Part shown: positions 21,315 through 30,735 of the stretch, piece by piece
How the letters are laid out: every line of letters starts with the position of its first letter
Numbering within the stretch: the stretch's first letter is position 1
Assembly: GCA_963842085.1 (NCBI GenBank)
Contig: CAWJET010000002.1
Span: forward strand, 928,001-992,000
Reading direction: 5' to 3'
Length of the DNA stretch: 64,000 bases
DNA from: an uncultured delta proteobacterium
GTDB lineage: Bacteria; Desulfobacterota; Binatia; Binatales; Binataceae
Notes under the pieces: model-generated
Database searches by the model: none
What the model saw: the letters and a program-made list of their open reading frames with translations, nothing else
Told to the model about the DNA's origin: nothing
Program-made: the position numbers and the translations under genes

Positions 21315-21833
21315 ATGACACGATTGATACACCTGTTCCTGGTCTTCGCGCTGTTGTCGGTACTGGCGGTCGGCGGCGGAACTGCGGTGCTGCCCGAGAT
21401 GCAGCACATGACGGTGCATACGTTTCACTGGCTGACGGATGCGCAGTTCCGCAACATCTACAGCCTCGGGCAGGTTGCGCCGGGACCGAACATGTTGATG
21501 GTGCTGGTGATCGGCTACCAGTTGGCGGGATGGGCCGGGATGGTCGTGGTGGGAATCGGATTTTTTCTGCCCGATTGCATAATTACGCTGTTCGTCAATC
21601 GATGGTGGGTGCATCTGGGCGGGTGGCCATGGCGCACCTCGATTCAGCGGGGGCTGGCGCCGGTGGCGATCGGGCTGATGACGTCGGGAACGTATGCGAT
21701 TGCGAAGCTCTCGATCGTGGACGTGCAGACGCTGGCGATCGCGCTCGCGGTATTCGCGATTCTGCTCTGGCGCCACGTTAATCCCGGCGTACTGGTGCTC
21801 GTGGGAGGCGCCGTTTACGTTTTGTGGAGATAG
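21315..21833 (+). CDS. chrA: Short-chain chromate transporter (CHR) subunit 2
   Basis: LSVLAVGGGTAVLPEM..WLTDAQF..GQVAPGPNM..IGYQLAG. Confidence 0.88.
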   Translation: MTRLIHLFLVFALLSVLAVGGGTAVLPEMQHMTVHTFHWLTDAQFRNIYSLGQVAPGPNMLMVLVIGYQLAGWAGMVVVGIGFFLPDCIITLFVNRWWVHLGGWPWRTSIQRGLAPVAIGLMTSGTYAIAKLSIVDVQTLAIALAVFAILLWRHVNPGVLVLVGGAVYVLWR

Positions 21834-21861
21834 GCTGCGGCCGTCGACGCCGCACTCGAGG

Positions 21862-21902
21862 GAAAAGAAAACGCCGGCAGGAGTGGATAGTCCTGCCGGC
21901 GT
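21862..21902 (-). terminator. Intrinsic terminator after the DUF1329 gene
   Basis: 12-bp stem ACGCCGGCAGGA/TCCTGCCGGCGT; the A-run on its left forms the U-tract on the minus strand. Confidence 0.75.
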
Positions 21903-21923
21903 CGTGCAATCAGGAAGGTCAGG

Positions 21924-23237
21924 CTACATGTGGCCGACTTCGGACATCTTTACCATCGCCTCGGTGGTGAAGAAGGCGCGGTCCACCGCACCCATGTTGA
22001 TGTACCAGCATTCACGCTCGGGCGTCTCGATGCCGGGCAGGTAGCACATGGTGGCTTCGCCGCTCTGCACATCCTGGGAAGCGGCGCCAACCACGAATTC
22101 GCGCTTGAACGGATAGATCGCGACTTTCGCGTCGGGCACCGGACGATCGCGATACGCGAGCCAGTAGATGTGGTTGCGGAACAGTTCGCCGCGACGATCG
22201 TAAGTGTCGATGTACGGCTCGAACCACATTTCGGAATCCATGTAGATGACGGTCTTGGAATCGAGCGCCGACGCATTGTTAACGTGGCGCCGCGGCTCCG
22301 CCGTCACGATGTACATGTGGCGCATCTGCCAACGCTCGGGGCAGGCGCTGGCGCCGCCGTCGGTGGCGCAGCGGATTTCCGGTGAATGCTCGGCATCAAC
22401 CGTCGCGAGCATCTCTTTCTCGCCCAGGAACTTGTAGTTGTATTCCTCGGTCTTGGGATTGAACCCCGAATAGTGATCGGGATCCCAGGTCTGCGCACCG
22501 GTCGCGCTGGAATTGATGGCCTCGTTCAGACGGCGCAGGCGCCGCGAGCCGGTCTCCCAGGTCCAGGTATCGTCGCCATGATTCGGGTCGCCGTAACGAT
22601 AACGCAAGAGGCTGGTGCCGCGAGCGTCTTCGGGCGCGAGTTCGGGACCAAGCAGGAACAGCCACAGACGGTTGGTCTTCTTGAAGTCGGGATCGATCGG
22701 CAGCGGCTCGACTTCGGTCCGGCCGACGAGGTCGTAACCGGCGTAGTGGCCGAGCTGTCCGTATGCGATTTCAAAGAACGGTTTGTTGTAGCCGCTGTAA
22801 ACCGTGTCGCAGTCGAAGTATCGCAGATCGTAATCGTCGGACTGAATGGGACGCCACACGTTGTTCCAGACAACTTTGACCGCGACGTCAGGGTCATTCG
22901 CGTCGATCAGCGGAAACGGCTGTCCGGCTACATAGCCCACGACGGTACGATGATCTTTCGACAGTTCAACCTGCGACGCATACTTTTCTGTCGCGTCTTT
23001 GTAGGGAGGCGGCCAGTCCACGCGCACGGTCGGGACGATTTTCATCGTCATACCGTGCTGAACTTTGTACAACACGCCCGGCGAAACGAGGTCTTTCACC
23101 TTCGACGCGTTTTCCGGAGTGATGAAGTCGCCCGGCTTGACGCCTGCCTCCCCAGGCAGGCTCATGGCCGCGAGGGCCAGCAAGGCGATGCCCCCGGCGA
23201 CTACCGTTTTGCGAATCCCCAATGTCCCCAATAGCAT
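21924..23237 (-). CDS. DUF1329-family exported protein
   Basis: Signal peptide; ITPENASKVKDLVSPG; AGQPFPLIDANDP; PEDARG..LRYRY..DDTWTW..RRLRR; IYMDSE..DTYDRRGELFR. Confidence 0.8.
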   Translation of the reverse strand: MLLGTLGIRKTVVAGGIALLALAAMSLPGEAGVKPGDFITPENASKVKDLVSPGVLYKVQHGMTMKIVPTVRVDWPPPYKDATEKYASQVELSKDHRTVVGYVAGQPFPLIDANDPDVAVKVVWNNVWRPIQSDDYDLRYFDCDTVYSGYNKPFFEIAYGQLGHYAGYDLVGRTEVEPLPIDPDFKKTNRLWLFLLGPELAPEDARGTSLLRYRYGDPNHGDDTWTWETGSRRLRRLNEAINSSATGAQTWDPDHYSGFNPKTEEYNYKFLGEKEMLATVDAEHSPEIRCATDGGASACPERWQMRHMYIVTAEPRRHVNNASALDSKTVIYMDSEMWFEPYIDTYDRRGELFRNHIYWLAYRDRPVPDAKVAIYPFKREFVVGAASQDVQSGEATMCYLPGIETPERECWYINMGAVDRAFFTTEAMVKMSEVGHM

Positions 23238-23426
23238 TCGAACCTCCGTATGAGCCCTGAAACGTTTTTTCGTGGCTCTAGTAAAAGCCTTGGGACGTGA
23301 ATTTTTCACGCCGCTCGCTTGCTATTAGAACTGTCAGGTCCGGATGTCAATCCGTCTAATTTGCGCTTTGGCTCAAATTTACCTCTTGCCTTCCGAGAGG
23401 CACGAGCCTATGTGAACCGAAATCGC

Positions 23427-23740
23427 CTATTTTGCGCCCGTCACCCGCTCGGATTCCGGTCCGCGGCTATCGATGCCTTTATGCCGCGTCAGCATCCGGT
23501 ATCCAACCATCTCCCGCCGCAACGTTGCGCAGTCGTGATGATGCAGCTCGAGGATGACGTTAACCTGCGACTCTGGGTAGCTAATGCCGGGCTCGAAGAA
23601 TTCGACCAGCCACTTCAGGATTACTAATCGCTTCTTGGCGCTGACCGGAATCTCGAGCAAGCGATCTCCGTCGACGAAGTTGCCGAGGATTTTTCGTTCC
23701 GCGCCGCCGCCGACTTCGATTTTGCGGAGCCGAGCGGGTC
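23427..23740 (-). pseudogene. DUF2087-domain remnant (5' part lost)
   Basis: ERKILGNFVDGDRLLEIPVSAKKRLVILKWL..FEPGISYPESQVN..HHDCATLRREMVGYRMLTR; upstream in-frame stop and no good start. Confidence 0.65.
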
Positions 23741-23852
23741 ACGATTTCACCAGGCGTCAATCAGCCCTTAATGCGTCGGTAACGTCGATTTGGCACGACT
23801 GACCAACTGGTGCGGCCAACCCGGACGCTACCATCGGGAGGAAGGAGAAATC

Positions 23853-24206
23853 ATGGGTATGCGGAAGACCGCGATCGTGGCGTTGATAGCGTTGGCTGGG
23901 GTGAGTTTACCCGTGCAGCAGGGGGTGTCATTTGCACAACCGGCTCCGGGCGCGATGGCGACCGAGGCGATGGCGTCCAGCTTGTCGGCGGCCGACAAAG
24001 ATGCGCTGATGAAAAAGCTTGAAGATGCCAAGAAGCACGACAAGATCGCGCGCGCAGGATGGTCGCAGGAGCCGTTGACGCAGGCTGGCTACGATAAAAA
24101 GATTCAGGAGATCAACAGCCTGATGAAAAAGCTCCAGAAGGGAGAGGATTTCCCGCTAAGCGCGGTCGATAAAGCGGTCGCGTCGCCGCACACCGCCGAG
24201 TACTGA
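23853..24206 (+). CDS. Small secreted hypothetical protein
   Basis: GAAGGAG RBS; signal peptide MRKTAIVALIALAGVSLPVQQGVSFA; helical mature part. Confidence 0.75.
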   Translation: MGMRKTAIVALIALAGVSLPVQQGVSFAQPAPGAMATEAMASSLSAADKDALMKKLEDAKKHDKIARAGWSQEPLTQAGYDKKIQEINSLMKKLQKGEDFPLSAVDKAVASPHTAEY

Positions 24207-24261
24207 AATTTTCGCCCCGGGGCGATTCGAGGGCGGTCCGATCGCGGCCCGCCCCCTACTT

Positions 24262-24606
24262 TTATTTCTCGCCGATGTGGAACTTGTGCAGGAAGCGATG
24301 GATGACCGGGGTGAGCATAAGTCCGACGATTGCGATCAACGCAAGGCCGCTGTAGAGCGCGTAGATTGACGCGAAGATCTTCCCGGCGTTGGTCTTGAGC
24401 GGATCGACAGGACCCATCCCGCCTAGAATCATCGACGCGTTGAGCAGCGAATCGACCCACGGCAAGCCGTCGAGATAGTGGTAGCCGCATACGCCGACCG
24501 CGAGAGAACCCACGATGACGGCGCCTGCAGCCGCGCTCCATCGCGCCATCCGCCGCAGGAACAGGCGGCGCGGCAGCAACTTTTCGTTACGGCGTTCGAA
24601 CCGCAT
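24262..24606 (-). CDS. Small 2-TM potassium-channel-like membrane protein
   Basis: GYHYLDGLPWVDSLLNASMILGGMGPV..AGKIFASIYALYSG; TM-pore-TM layout. Confidence 0.75.
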   Translation of the reverse strand: MRFERRNEKLLPRRLFLRRMARWSAAAGAVIVGSLAVGVCGYHYLDGLPWVDSLLNASMILGGMGPVDPLKTNAGKIFASIYALYSGLALIAIVGLMLTPVIHRFLHKFHIGEK

Positions 24607-24723
24607 CGAATCTCCTGTAGCACGAACGCGGCCGAGATGTCGGCAAGCTACGCGTATTCGCCTGACAGCCTGACTCGGTTGACGTCGGAGCTTGAGACGT
24701 TGGGAGCTTTGCGGCACGTCCAA

Positions 24724-24743
24724 GTGATGCTAAAATGCATCAC
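24724..24743 (+). promoter_or_regulatory. Operator palindrome enclosing the -10 box of the TA operon
   Basis: GTGATGC-TAAAAT-GCATCAC immediately before ATG 24744. Confidence 0.65.
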
Positions 24744-24986
24744 ATGAGAAAGGCCAGTGTGCGCGACCTTCGCTATCGCTTTTCTGAAGTTGAGCGGATT
24801 TTGCAGGAAGGCGAAAATATCGAAATCACCAAGCGCAGGCGGGTGATTGCACACCTGTTGCCGGTGGCTTCGCGCGCTCCCCGTCGACGTCCTGACTTCC
24901 TGGCCCGCCTGCGCGCAATTTACGGCGCCAGGATGCTCAAGGTGAGCGGAGCGGAACTCCTGGCGAGGGAGCGCGGCCGGTATTGA
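24744..24986 (+). CDS. Phd/YefM-family antitoxin
   Basis: MRKASVRDLRYRFSEVERILQEGENIEITKRRRVIAHLLP..PDFLARLRAIYG. Confidence 0.88.
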   Translation: MRKASVRDLRYRFSEVERILQEGENIEITKRRRVIAHLLPVASRAPRRRPDFLARLRAIYGARMLKVSGAELLARERGRY

Positions 24987-25411
24987 GTGCATACGCCGAC
25001 ACCAGCTTCCTCGTTTCCCTATATACCCCCGATGCCAACTCCCCCGAGGCGGCCTCCCGTATGCAGCGCATGGCGCTTCCGGTGATTGTTACAACGTTCG
25101 GAGAGCTCGAACTGGCGAATGCGCTGCAACTTCGCTTGTTCCGACGCGAACTACCGGCGGCCAAAGTTCGCGCCGCATACGGAGCGTTTCGTGAGGACGT
25201 AGCCGCCGGCATCCTGGCAATCAAAGCGATGCCGGATGAGGTGTACGCGGAAGCGCGACGGCTTGCCCGAAAGTGGACCAGAACATTCGGCACTCGGACG
25301 CTTGATATCATCCACGTAGCATCCGCTTTGGCGCTGGGAGCAGAAGCTTTCCACACTTTCGACGAGAGACAGCGCAGGCTGGCCAAAGCCGTGAGGCTGA
25401 CGGCCAGGTAG
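24983..25411 (+). CDS. vapC: VapC/PIN toxin
   Basis: YADTSFLVSLY..ELELANAL..RTLDIIHVASA..FHTFDERQRRLA; overlaps the antitoxin stop. Confidence 0.9.
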   Translation: MSAYADTSFLVSLYTPDANSPEAASRMQRMALPVIVTTFGELELANALQLRLFRRELPAAKVRAAYGAFREDVAAGILAIKAMPDEVYAEARRLARKWTRTFGTRTLDIIHVASALALGAEAFHTFDERQRRLAKAVRLTAR

Positions 25412-25439
25412 AAAAGCCGCGGCGCGAGCTGTACTGGCG

Positions 25440-25868
25440 TCAGGGAAGCTTGGCCGAACCGACAACCCGCGACAGCCGAATCACGTTGTTCTCGTTCCGG
25501 CGTTCGTAGCTTGCCTCGTGGGTCAGCGAACGCAGGATGTGGAGACCGAGTCCGCCAACCGTTCTGGCTTCGAGCGGCCGCTCGAGATCGGGCGCCGGCT
25601 CTCCGAAGGGATCGAACGCACGCCCGTCGTCAATGAATTCGATTTCCAGCCGATTGCCATCGAGGCCAAGCGCGATCTCGGCCCGTCCGGGCTCCGATCG
25701 ATCCGGATATCCATATTTCACCAGGTTGGTGAGCAACTCTTCGAGCAGGATCAGAATGCGAGGCGCTTCGTCAGCAGCGATTCCCTGTTCTCTAACGAAT
25801 GCCACGACGAAACCGTCCACCTGACGCATCGCGCTGGAATCGGCTCGTATGATGAGGCGGGAGTGCAT
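25440..25868 (-). CDS. RsbW/SpoIIAB-like anti-sigma factor kinase
   Basis: LEELLTNLVKYGY, FIDDGRAFDPF, VGGLGLHILR, YERRNENN. Confidence 0.9.
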   Translation of the reverse strand: MHSRLIIRADSSAMRQVDGFVVAFVREQGIAADEAPRILILLEELLTNLVKYGYPDRSEPGRAEIALGLDGNRLEIEFIDDGRAFDPFGEPAPDLERPLEARTVGGLGLHILRSLTHEASYERRNENNVIRLSRVVGSAKLP

Positions 25869-26023
25869 CGCTTCGTTCCGCTTGACCTCAGAAAACGCTA
25901 CGGAAGCTGAGTCTGAATTTATCTCGTTATCGGAATCTTGTCGCGGTTGCCGCGGCTGGCTTCTGGCGCCGCGCGGCGATAATCTGCACGCCGAATCATG
26001 CCGGGATTTGTGCAGGAGCTGAA

Positions 26024-26500
26024 ATGCATTCCACGAATCGCGTGCGGCGCACAGCCAAAAGTCTTGCCTCTATCCTGACACTGCTTGCGATCTCCGGTTC
26101 TGCCGTGAACGCGGACAATTCCCAGGTCGCGCAGGTCAAGACCGTAGCCGGCCAGGCCGAGATCGTGCGCAACGGAGCCCGCGCCACCGCCAGGATAGGC
26201 GATCCGCTCTACGAGAAGGACACGATCGAGACCGGCGCCGACGGCTCCATCGGCCTCACCTTCATCGACAACACCGTCATGTCGAGCGGCCCGAACAGCG
26301 AGATCGTGCTCGAGGATTACAAGTTCAACTCGAGCAATTTCAAGGGTTCGATGCTGACCGACATGAACCGCGGCACGCTCTCGATGATCTCCGGCGATAT
26401 CGCGCGCAGCTCGCCCGGCGCGATGAAGGTCAAGACGCCCACCGCGATTCTCGGCGTGCGCGGCACCAGGTTCGTAATCGAAGTCAAAGACAACCGCTAA
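26024..26500 (+). CDS. FecR-domain secreted protein
   Basis: GDPLYEKDTIETGADGSIGLTFIDNT..GPNSEI..VKTPTAILGVRGTRF. Confidence 0.88.
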   Translation: MHSTNRVRRTAKSLASILTLLAISGSAVNADNSQVAQVKTVAGQAEIVRNGARATARIGDPLYEKDTIETGADGSIGLTFIDNTVMSSGPNSEIVLEDYKFNSSNFKGSMLTDMNRGTLSMISGDIARSSPGAMKVKTPTAILGVRGTRFVIEVKDNR

Positions 26501-26502
26501 TC

Positions 26503-27087
26503 ATGCGCCGCCTCGCACTGGTTCTGGCACTTCTCTTACTGGCGTCATGTTCCAGCCGCCAGTCGCTGTTCGTTGTCCTGCCCAATCCGGACGGCAGCTC
26601 GGGCGCGGTCACGATCAAGGACGGCCAGAAGTCGGTAGTGCTGGATCGTCCGTATGCGGCCGGCGAGGTGCGCGGCGGCGTGGCCGCGCCGGTGAAGGTC
26701 GACCCGGCGCAGGTTCAGCAGATTTTTGGCAACGCGCTTGCCGCGCAGCCGGTCCTGCCCAGCCACTTCGTGCTCTATTTCGAAAAAGACAGCGACACTT
26801 TGACGCCGGACTCCCAGCGTCAGTACCAGGACGTGTTCGGCGACATCAAGCGCCGCCAAGTGTACGAGGTCGAGGTGATCGGCCATACCGACACGCTCGG
26901 CAACCCGGCGCACAATCAGCAGCTTTCGATGAGCCGCGCGGAGATGATACGCGATCGGCTGGTGCGTGACGGCATCAGCCCCAAGTCGATTTCGGTCGCG
27001 GGCCGCGGGCAGTTGGACCTCGCGGTGCCGACCGGAGACCAGGTTGCGGAACCAAAAAATCGGCGCGTGGAAATAACTGTCCGCTGA
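26503..27087 (+). CDS. OmpA-family peptidoglycan-binding lipoprotein
   Basis: Lipobox LLASC; LYFEKDS, VIGHTDTLG..NQQLSMSRA, NRRVEITVR. Confidence 0.9.
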   Translation: MRRLALVLALLLLASCSSRQSLFVVLPNPDGSSGAVTIKDGQKSVVLDRPYAAGEVRGGVAAPVKVDPAQVQQIFGNALAAQPVLPSHFVLYFEKDSDTLTPDSQRQYQDVFGDIKRRQVYEVEVIGHTDTLGNPAHNQQLSMSRAEMIRDRLVRDGISPKSISVAGRGQLDLAVPTGDQVAEPKNRRVEITVR

Positions 27088-29250
27088 TCAGCCCGGAGAA
27101 TTTGCCGGACCCAGCCAGCGCACCGCGAGCAGCGTAATGTCGTCGGCCTGCTCGGCGCCGGCGGCGAAGCGGTGGACGTCGTCGCGCACAAAATCGAGGA
27201 CGGCCTTCGCGCCCGTATTCGGCGCCGACGCGAGCAGTCGCTCCAGCCGCGCGCCGGAATACAACGCCCGCTTCATGTCCTGGGCCTCGGTGACTCCGTC
27301 TGTATACGCAAGCACCATCTCTCCGGGCGCGAGCTGACGTTGTTCGATTGGGTAGTGAAAGTCGTCGACGGTCCCGAGCGGCGGTCCTCCCGCGGGTGCG
27401 AGATTCCCGGGCGCGGAGCCCGCGCGCATTACGAACGGCGAGTCGTGTCCCGCATTCACGTAAACGAGCACCCCCGAAGCGAGGTCGAGGATTGCCGCAA
27501 AGACCGTCACGAACATCATGTTCGCGCCGCCCGCACCCAATTCCTCGCTCGCGGCTGAAATCTTGGCGTTGGCCTCGCTGAACACGCGATCGAGAGCGTT
27601 CCGATAGCGCAGCGTCGCAGTGTGCAACACCTCTTTGGTCATCGCCATGAACAGGGCGGCGGGCACTCCCTTGCCGGACACGTCGGCGATTACGAATGAC
27701 AGGTGTTCGGAATCGAGCAGGACGAAATCATAAAGGTCGCCACCCACCATCCGCGCCGGCTCGATCGAGGCGAAGACCTCGACGTCGCGGCGCTCGGGAG
27801 GTCCCGGGAAATGCCGCGGGAGCAGGCCAAGCTGGATCGCTCGCGCAGCATTCAGCTCGCCCTCGAGACGCGCTTCCATTTCGCGCTCGTGCTGGAGCTC
27901 GGCCGCGAGCCGGCGGCGGCCTGCCTCTGCCACGCGCAGGTTCTCCGACAGCATGACGCCAAACACGAGCGCCGATGATAGCGCCGGATACACGCCGTCG
28001 AGCAGCAGCTTTGAGAATTTGAAGCCGGCCACAGCGGAGCCGAAGAGGATCGCGACGATGGCGAGAAATGCAACCGCAGCGACCCGCGGACTCGCGTACG
28101 GCAGGGCAAATACAATGACGAGCCCTGCCAGAAGCATGATCCCTATCTCGACGAGGTTAAGGTACCCCGGGCGGCGCAGCAGATTTCCGGTCAGCATCGA
28201 CTCCAGTGACTGTGCCCAGACTTCGACCCCGGGCATCAGGCCGAGCGGAGTCTGATTCTGGTCCGTCAATCCCAGAGCGCTCGACCCCAAGAGCACGGCC
28301 GCGCCCCGCAGCCGCGCCGGATCATAAGAGCCGTTGAGCAGGTCGACGGCCGAGATGTAGCGGGCGTCATACGAGGGGGTGAAATACGGGTAGATGCGGC
28401 CGTGCCGATCGGTCGGCAGAAAGAGCGGGCCCAGCTTTGCGCCTTGCACGCCTTCCTTTCCACTGACGATTCCCAGCGCGCCCGCGCCCGAAGCCACCCG
28501 CAGCATTTCGAGCGCAAGGTCTGGCACCAGGTGACCGTCGGCGAAAATGAACAACGGCACGCGGCGCGTGACGCCGTCGCGATCCGGCTCCTCGTCGATG
28601 GAACCCTCGCCACGCTCCGCCGCCTCGATCTCAGGCAGGCTGTGGACGAGCGTCGGATGAGTGAAAAGGAACGGGCGCGGATTGGCCCCCGATTCGAGAA
28701 TCATCGTTACGCGCGAGGGTGTCGCCGCTGCGCGAGCCGCCTCGTCGCTGACTCCGACCGCCAATACCGCCGGGACTTCGCGCAATGCATTGGCGAGAAC
28801 AGCTTCGTGCGAAGGCAGGCGCGACAGCTCGCCCGCGAGTTGCGCGGGAATTTCCGGATCGGATTCGACCAGCCGTCCGGGTGAAAGACGGTCGGGCTCG
28901 GCGAAAATAATATCGACGCCGAGCACGCTTGGCTTGCCCGATGCGATCTTATCGACCAGTTGCGCAACGCGCGCCCGCGACCATGGCCATTGGCCGTATT
29001 GCGCGAGGCTCTTGTCGTCGATCGCGACGATGCCTACCGGCAGCGGCTGATACTTACGGGGCGCAAGCTGTTCGAGGAAGTCAAAGCCGCGCAGCCTGAC
29101 GCTTTGCACGACAGCCGGATCGAGCGCGCGCACAACCACCAGCAGCGCCAGTACGACCAGGGCGGGTACCCGTCCGGGCGCGGCGAACAATCCGCGCGAC
29201 CAGGTCAGCAGTCTTCCCGGCGGAACGTCGGCCTTGTCCTCAGATGACAA
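27088..29250 (-). CDS. CHASE2 sensor + SpoIIE/PP2C phosphatase
   Basis: IVAIDDKSLAQYGQWPWSR, GVDIIFAEPD, DRDGVTRR, MPGVEV; three TMs; VGGDLYD, IADVSGKGVPAALFM, YTDGVTEA, DDIT. Confidence 0.92.
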   Translation of the reverse strand: MSSEDKADVPPGRLLTWSRGLFAAPGRVPALVVLALLVVVRALDPAVVQSVRLRGFDFLEQLAPRKYQPLPVGIVAIDDKSLAQYGQWPWSRARVAQLVDKIASGKPSVLGVDIIFAEPDRLSPGRLVESDPEIPAQLAGELSRLPSHEAVLANALREVPAVLAVGVSDEAARAAATPSRVTMILESGANPRPFLFTHPTLVHSLPEIEAAERGEGSIDEEPDRDGVTRRVPLFIFADGHLVPDLALEMLRVASGAGALGIVSGKEGVQGAKLGPLFLPTDRHGRIYPYFTPSYDARYISAVDLLNGSYDPARLRGAAVLLGSSALGLTDQNQTPLGLMPGVEVWAQSLESMLTGNLLRRPGYLNLVEIGIMLLAGLVIVFALPYASPRVAAVAFLAIVAILFGSAVAGFKFSKLLLDGVYPALSSALVFGVMLSENLRVAEAGRRRLAAELQHEREMEARLEGELNAARAIQLGLLPRHFPGPPERRDVEVFASIEPARMVGGDLYDFVLLDSEHLSFVIADVSGKGVPAALFMAMTKEVLHTATLRYRNALDRVFSEANAKISAASEELGAGGANMMFVTVFAAILDLASGVLVYVNAGHDSPFVMRAGSAPGNLAPAGGPPLGTVDDFHYPIEQRQLAPGEMVLAYTDGVTEAQDMKRALYSGARLERLLASAPNTGAKAVLDFVRDDVHRFAAGAEQADDITLLAVRWLGPANSPG

Positions 29251-30199
29251 TCTCGAGTCCGTCGTATGCGGAGGTGACCGTCAACTTATTCGGGGACCCG
29301 TTGATTTCCGCGTAGCGGCGCGTCTCGCCCAGCACCTTTTCTATCATTCGGTCGTCGAACACGGGCTCGTGATGGTACATGACCAGGTGCTTGACGCGCG
29401 CGAGTTGCGCGAGCTCGACCGCGATCATGTTGCTCGAGTGTCCCCAATCCTCTTTCACCGAGATCTGATCCGCAAGCGAGTATTGGGCATCGAAGATCAA
29501 CAGGTCGGCGTCCCGGAAAAATTCGACGAATGGATAGTTCTCCGTGAGAACGTCGAACTTGTGCTCGGAATCGGTCGAGTAGACCATCGACTTGCCATTC
29601 TTCGAGAAGCGAAAGCCGTAGGAATCGCTCGGATGGTTCTGCAGGATCGGCCTCACTGACAGGCCGTCGATCTCGTAGGTGCGGCCGGGTTCCAGCTCGA
29701 CGAACTCAATCGTGGCGCCGAGCGATCGAAAATCAACTGGAAAACAGGGATTGGACTGTTGACGAATGAAAGCGTCGCGCATCGCCTTGTGACAGCCGTG
29801 AATGCGAATCACGTTGCCGGGGATGTAGGACGGAGTGAAAAACGGAAACCCCATGATGTGATCCCAATGCGTATGCGACAGGAAAACGTTGAAGCGGGAT
29901 TTCTTCGCCGGGCCATGCTTCGCGATCAAGCTGTTGCCGAACTCGCGCACCCCCGACCCGAGGTCGCATAGCACATATTCGTCGCCGCCCGTTTCGATCT
30001 CGACGCAGCTCGAATTACCGCCGTAAGTGCCGCTCACCGGGAACGGAAGCTCGTTCGCGATGAAGCTATCGATTGCCTCGGGGCTGTCCAGTTGATGGCC
30101 GCGCGCTGCGAGCAGCGCCTCGCGCACCTTGTTTCGGACGGCGCGGTATCCCAGCGGCGTCGGTATCGAACCGCGACTTCCCCAAAAACGGATCAACAT
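29240..30199 (-). CDS. Metallo-beta-lactamase-fold hydrolase (PhnP/phosphodiesterase-like)
   Basis: FWGSRGSIP, GGNSSCVE, FLSHTHWDHIMGFPFF, YSTDSEH, DAQY, WGHS, HHEP. Confidence 0.9.
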   Translation of the reverse strand: MLIRFWGSRGSIPTPLGYRAVRNKVREALLAARGHQLDSPEAIDSFIANELPFPVSGTYGGNSSCVEIETGGDEYVLCDLGSGVREFGNSLIAKHGPAKKSRFNVFLSHTHWDHIMGFPFFTPSYIPGNVIRIHGCHKAMRDAFIRQQSNPCFPVDFRSLGATIEFVELEPGRTYEIDGLSVRPILQNHPSDSYGFRFSKNGKSMVYSTDSEHKFDVLTENYPFVEFFRDADLLIFDAQYSLADQISVKEDWGHSSNMIAVELAQLARVKHLVMYHHEPVFDDRMIEKVLGETRRYAEINGSPNKLTVTSAYDGLEIVI

Positions 30200-30227
30200 G
30201 GGCACTGATCCCCTCGGCGCATGCCTC

Positions 30228-30569
30228 CTATCTCTGGCGCAGTGCCGCGAGTGCGTCTGCCGCAGTATCGAACACCTCGACGACCAGCGAGAAGCGGCTG
30301 ATCTCGAAAATCTCCTTGACCACCGGCCCCAGCGCAGCGACCGCGAGCCGTCCTTTCGACGCCTTCGATTGCTTCGATCCCATCATCAGCGCCCGCAAGC
30401 CGGCGCTCGAAATGTACTCGACGGCCGAAAAATCAACCAGCACGGCCGCGCCTGCCGGAGTCAGGGAGCTGAGCAGCCGGGCCTGGAAGGCAGGGCTCGT
30501 GTCGTTGTCGATCCGTCCCGCGGGAAGCAGGACCAGAATGTCGCCATCGTGCCGCTCGCCGATTTCCAC
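30228..30569 (-). CDS. STAS anti-sigma factor antagonist
   Basis: GRIDNDTSPAF..VDFSAVEYISSAGLRAL..VKEIFEISRF; GGAGG RBS before GTG 30569. Confidence 0.9.
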   Translation of the reverse strand: MEIGERHDGDILVLLPAGRIDNDTSPAFQARLLSSLTPAGAAVLVDFSAVEYISSAGLRALMMGSKQSKASKGRLAVAALGPVVKEIFEISRFSLVVEVFDTAADALAALRQR

Positions 30570-30735
30570 GGAAACCTCCGCGAATTTCCAGGCGCAAGAG
30601 TGAGAGTAATCTTTGAGCGACAATTCTCGACATTTCGTCGATGAGGCGCAAGCCGAAAGATCGATAGTGGATCGCGCGGCGAAAAGGATACGCCTATTGC
30701 CCGGGTCGGAGCCTTGGTCGTGCCGACCAGCAGCC

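Noticed and set aside
23788-23806. TTGGCACG as a sigma-54 -24 element
   Set aside because: No TTGC at the -12 position.
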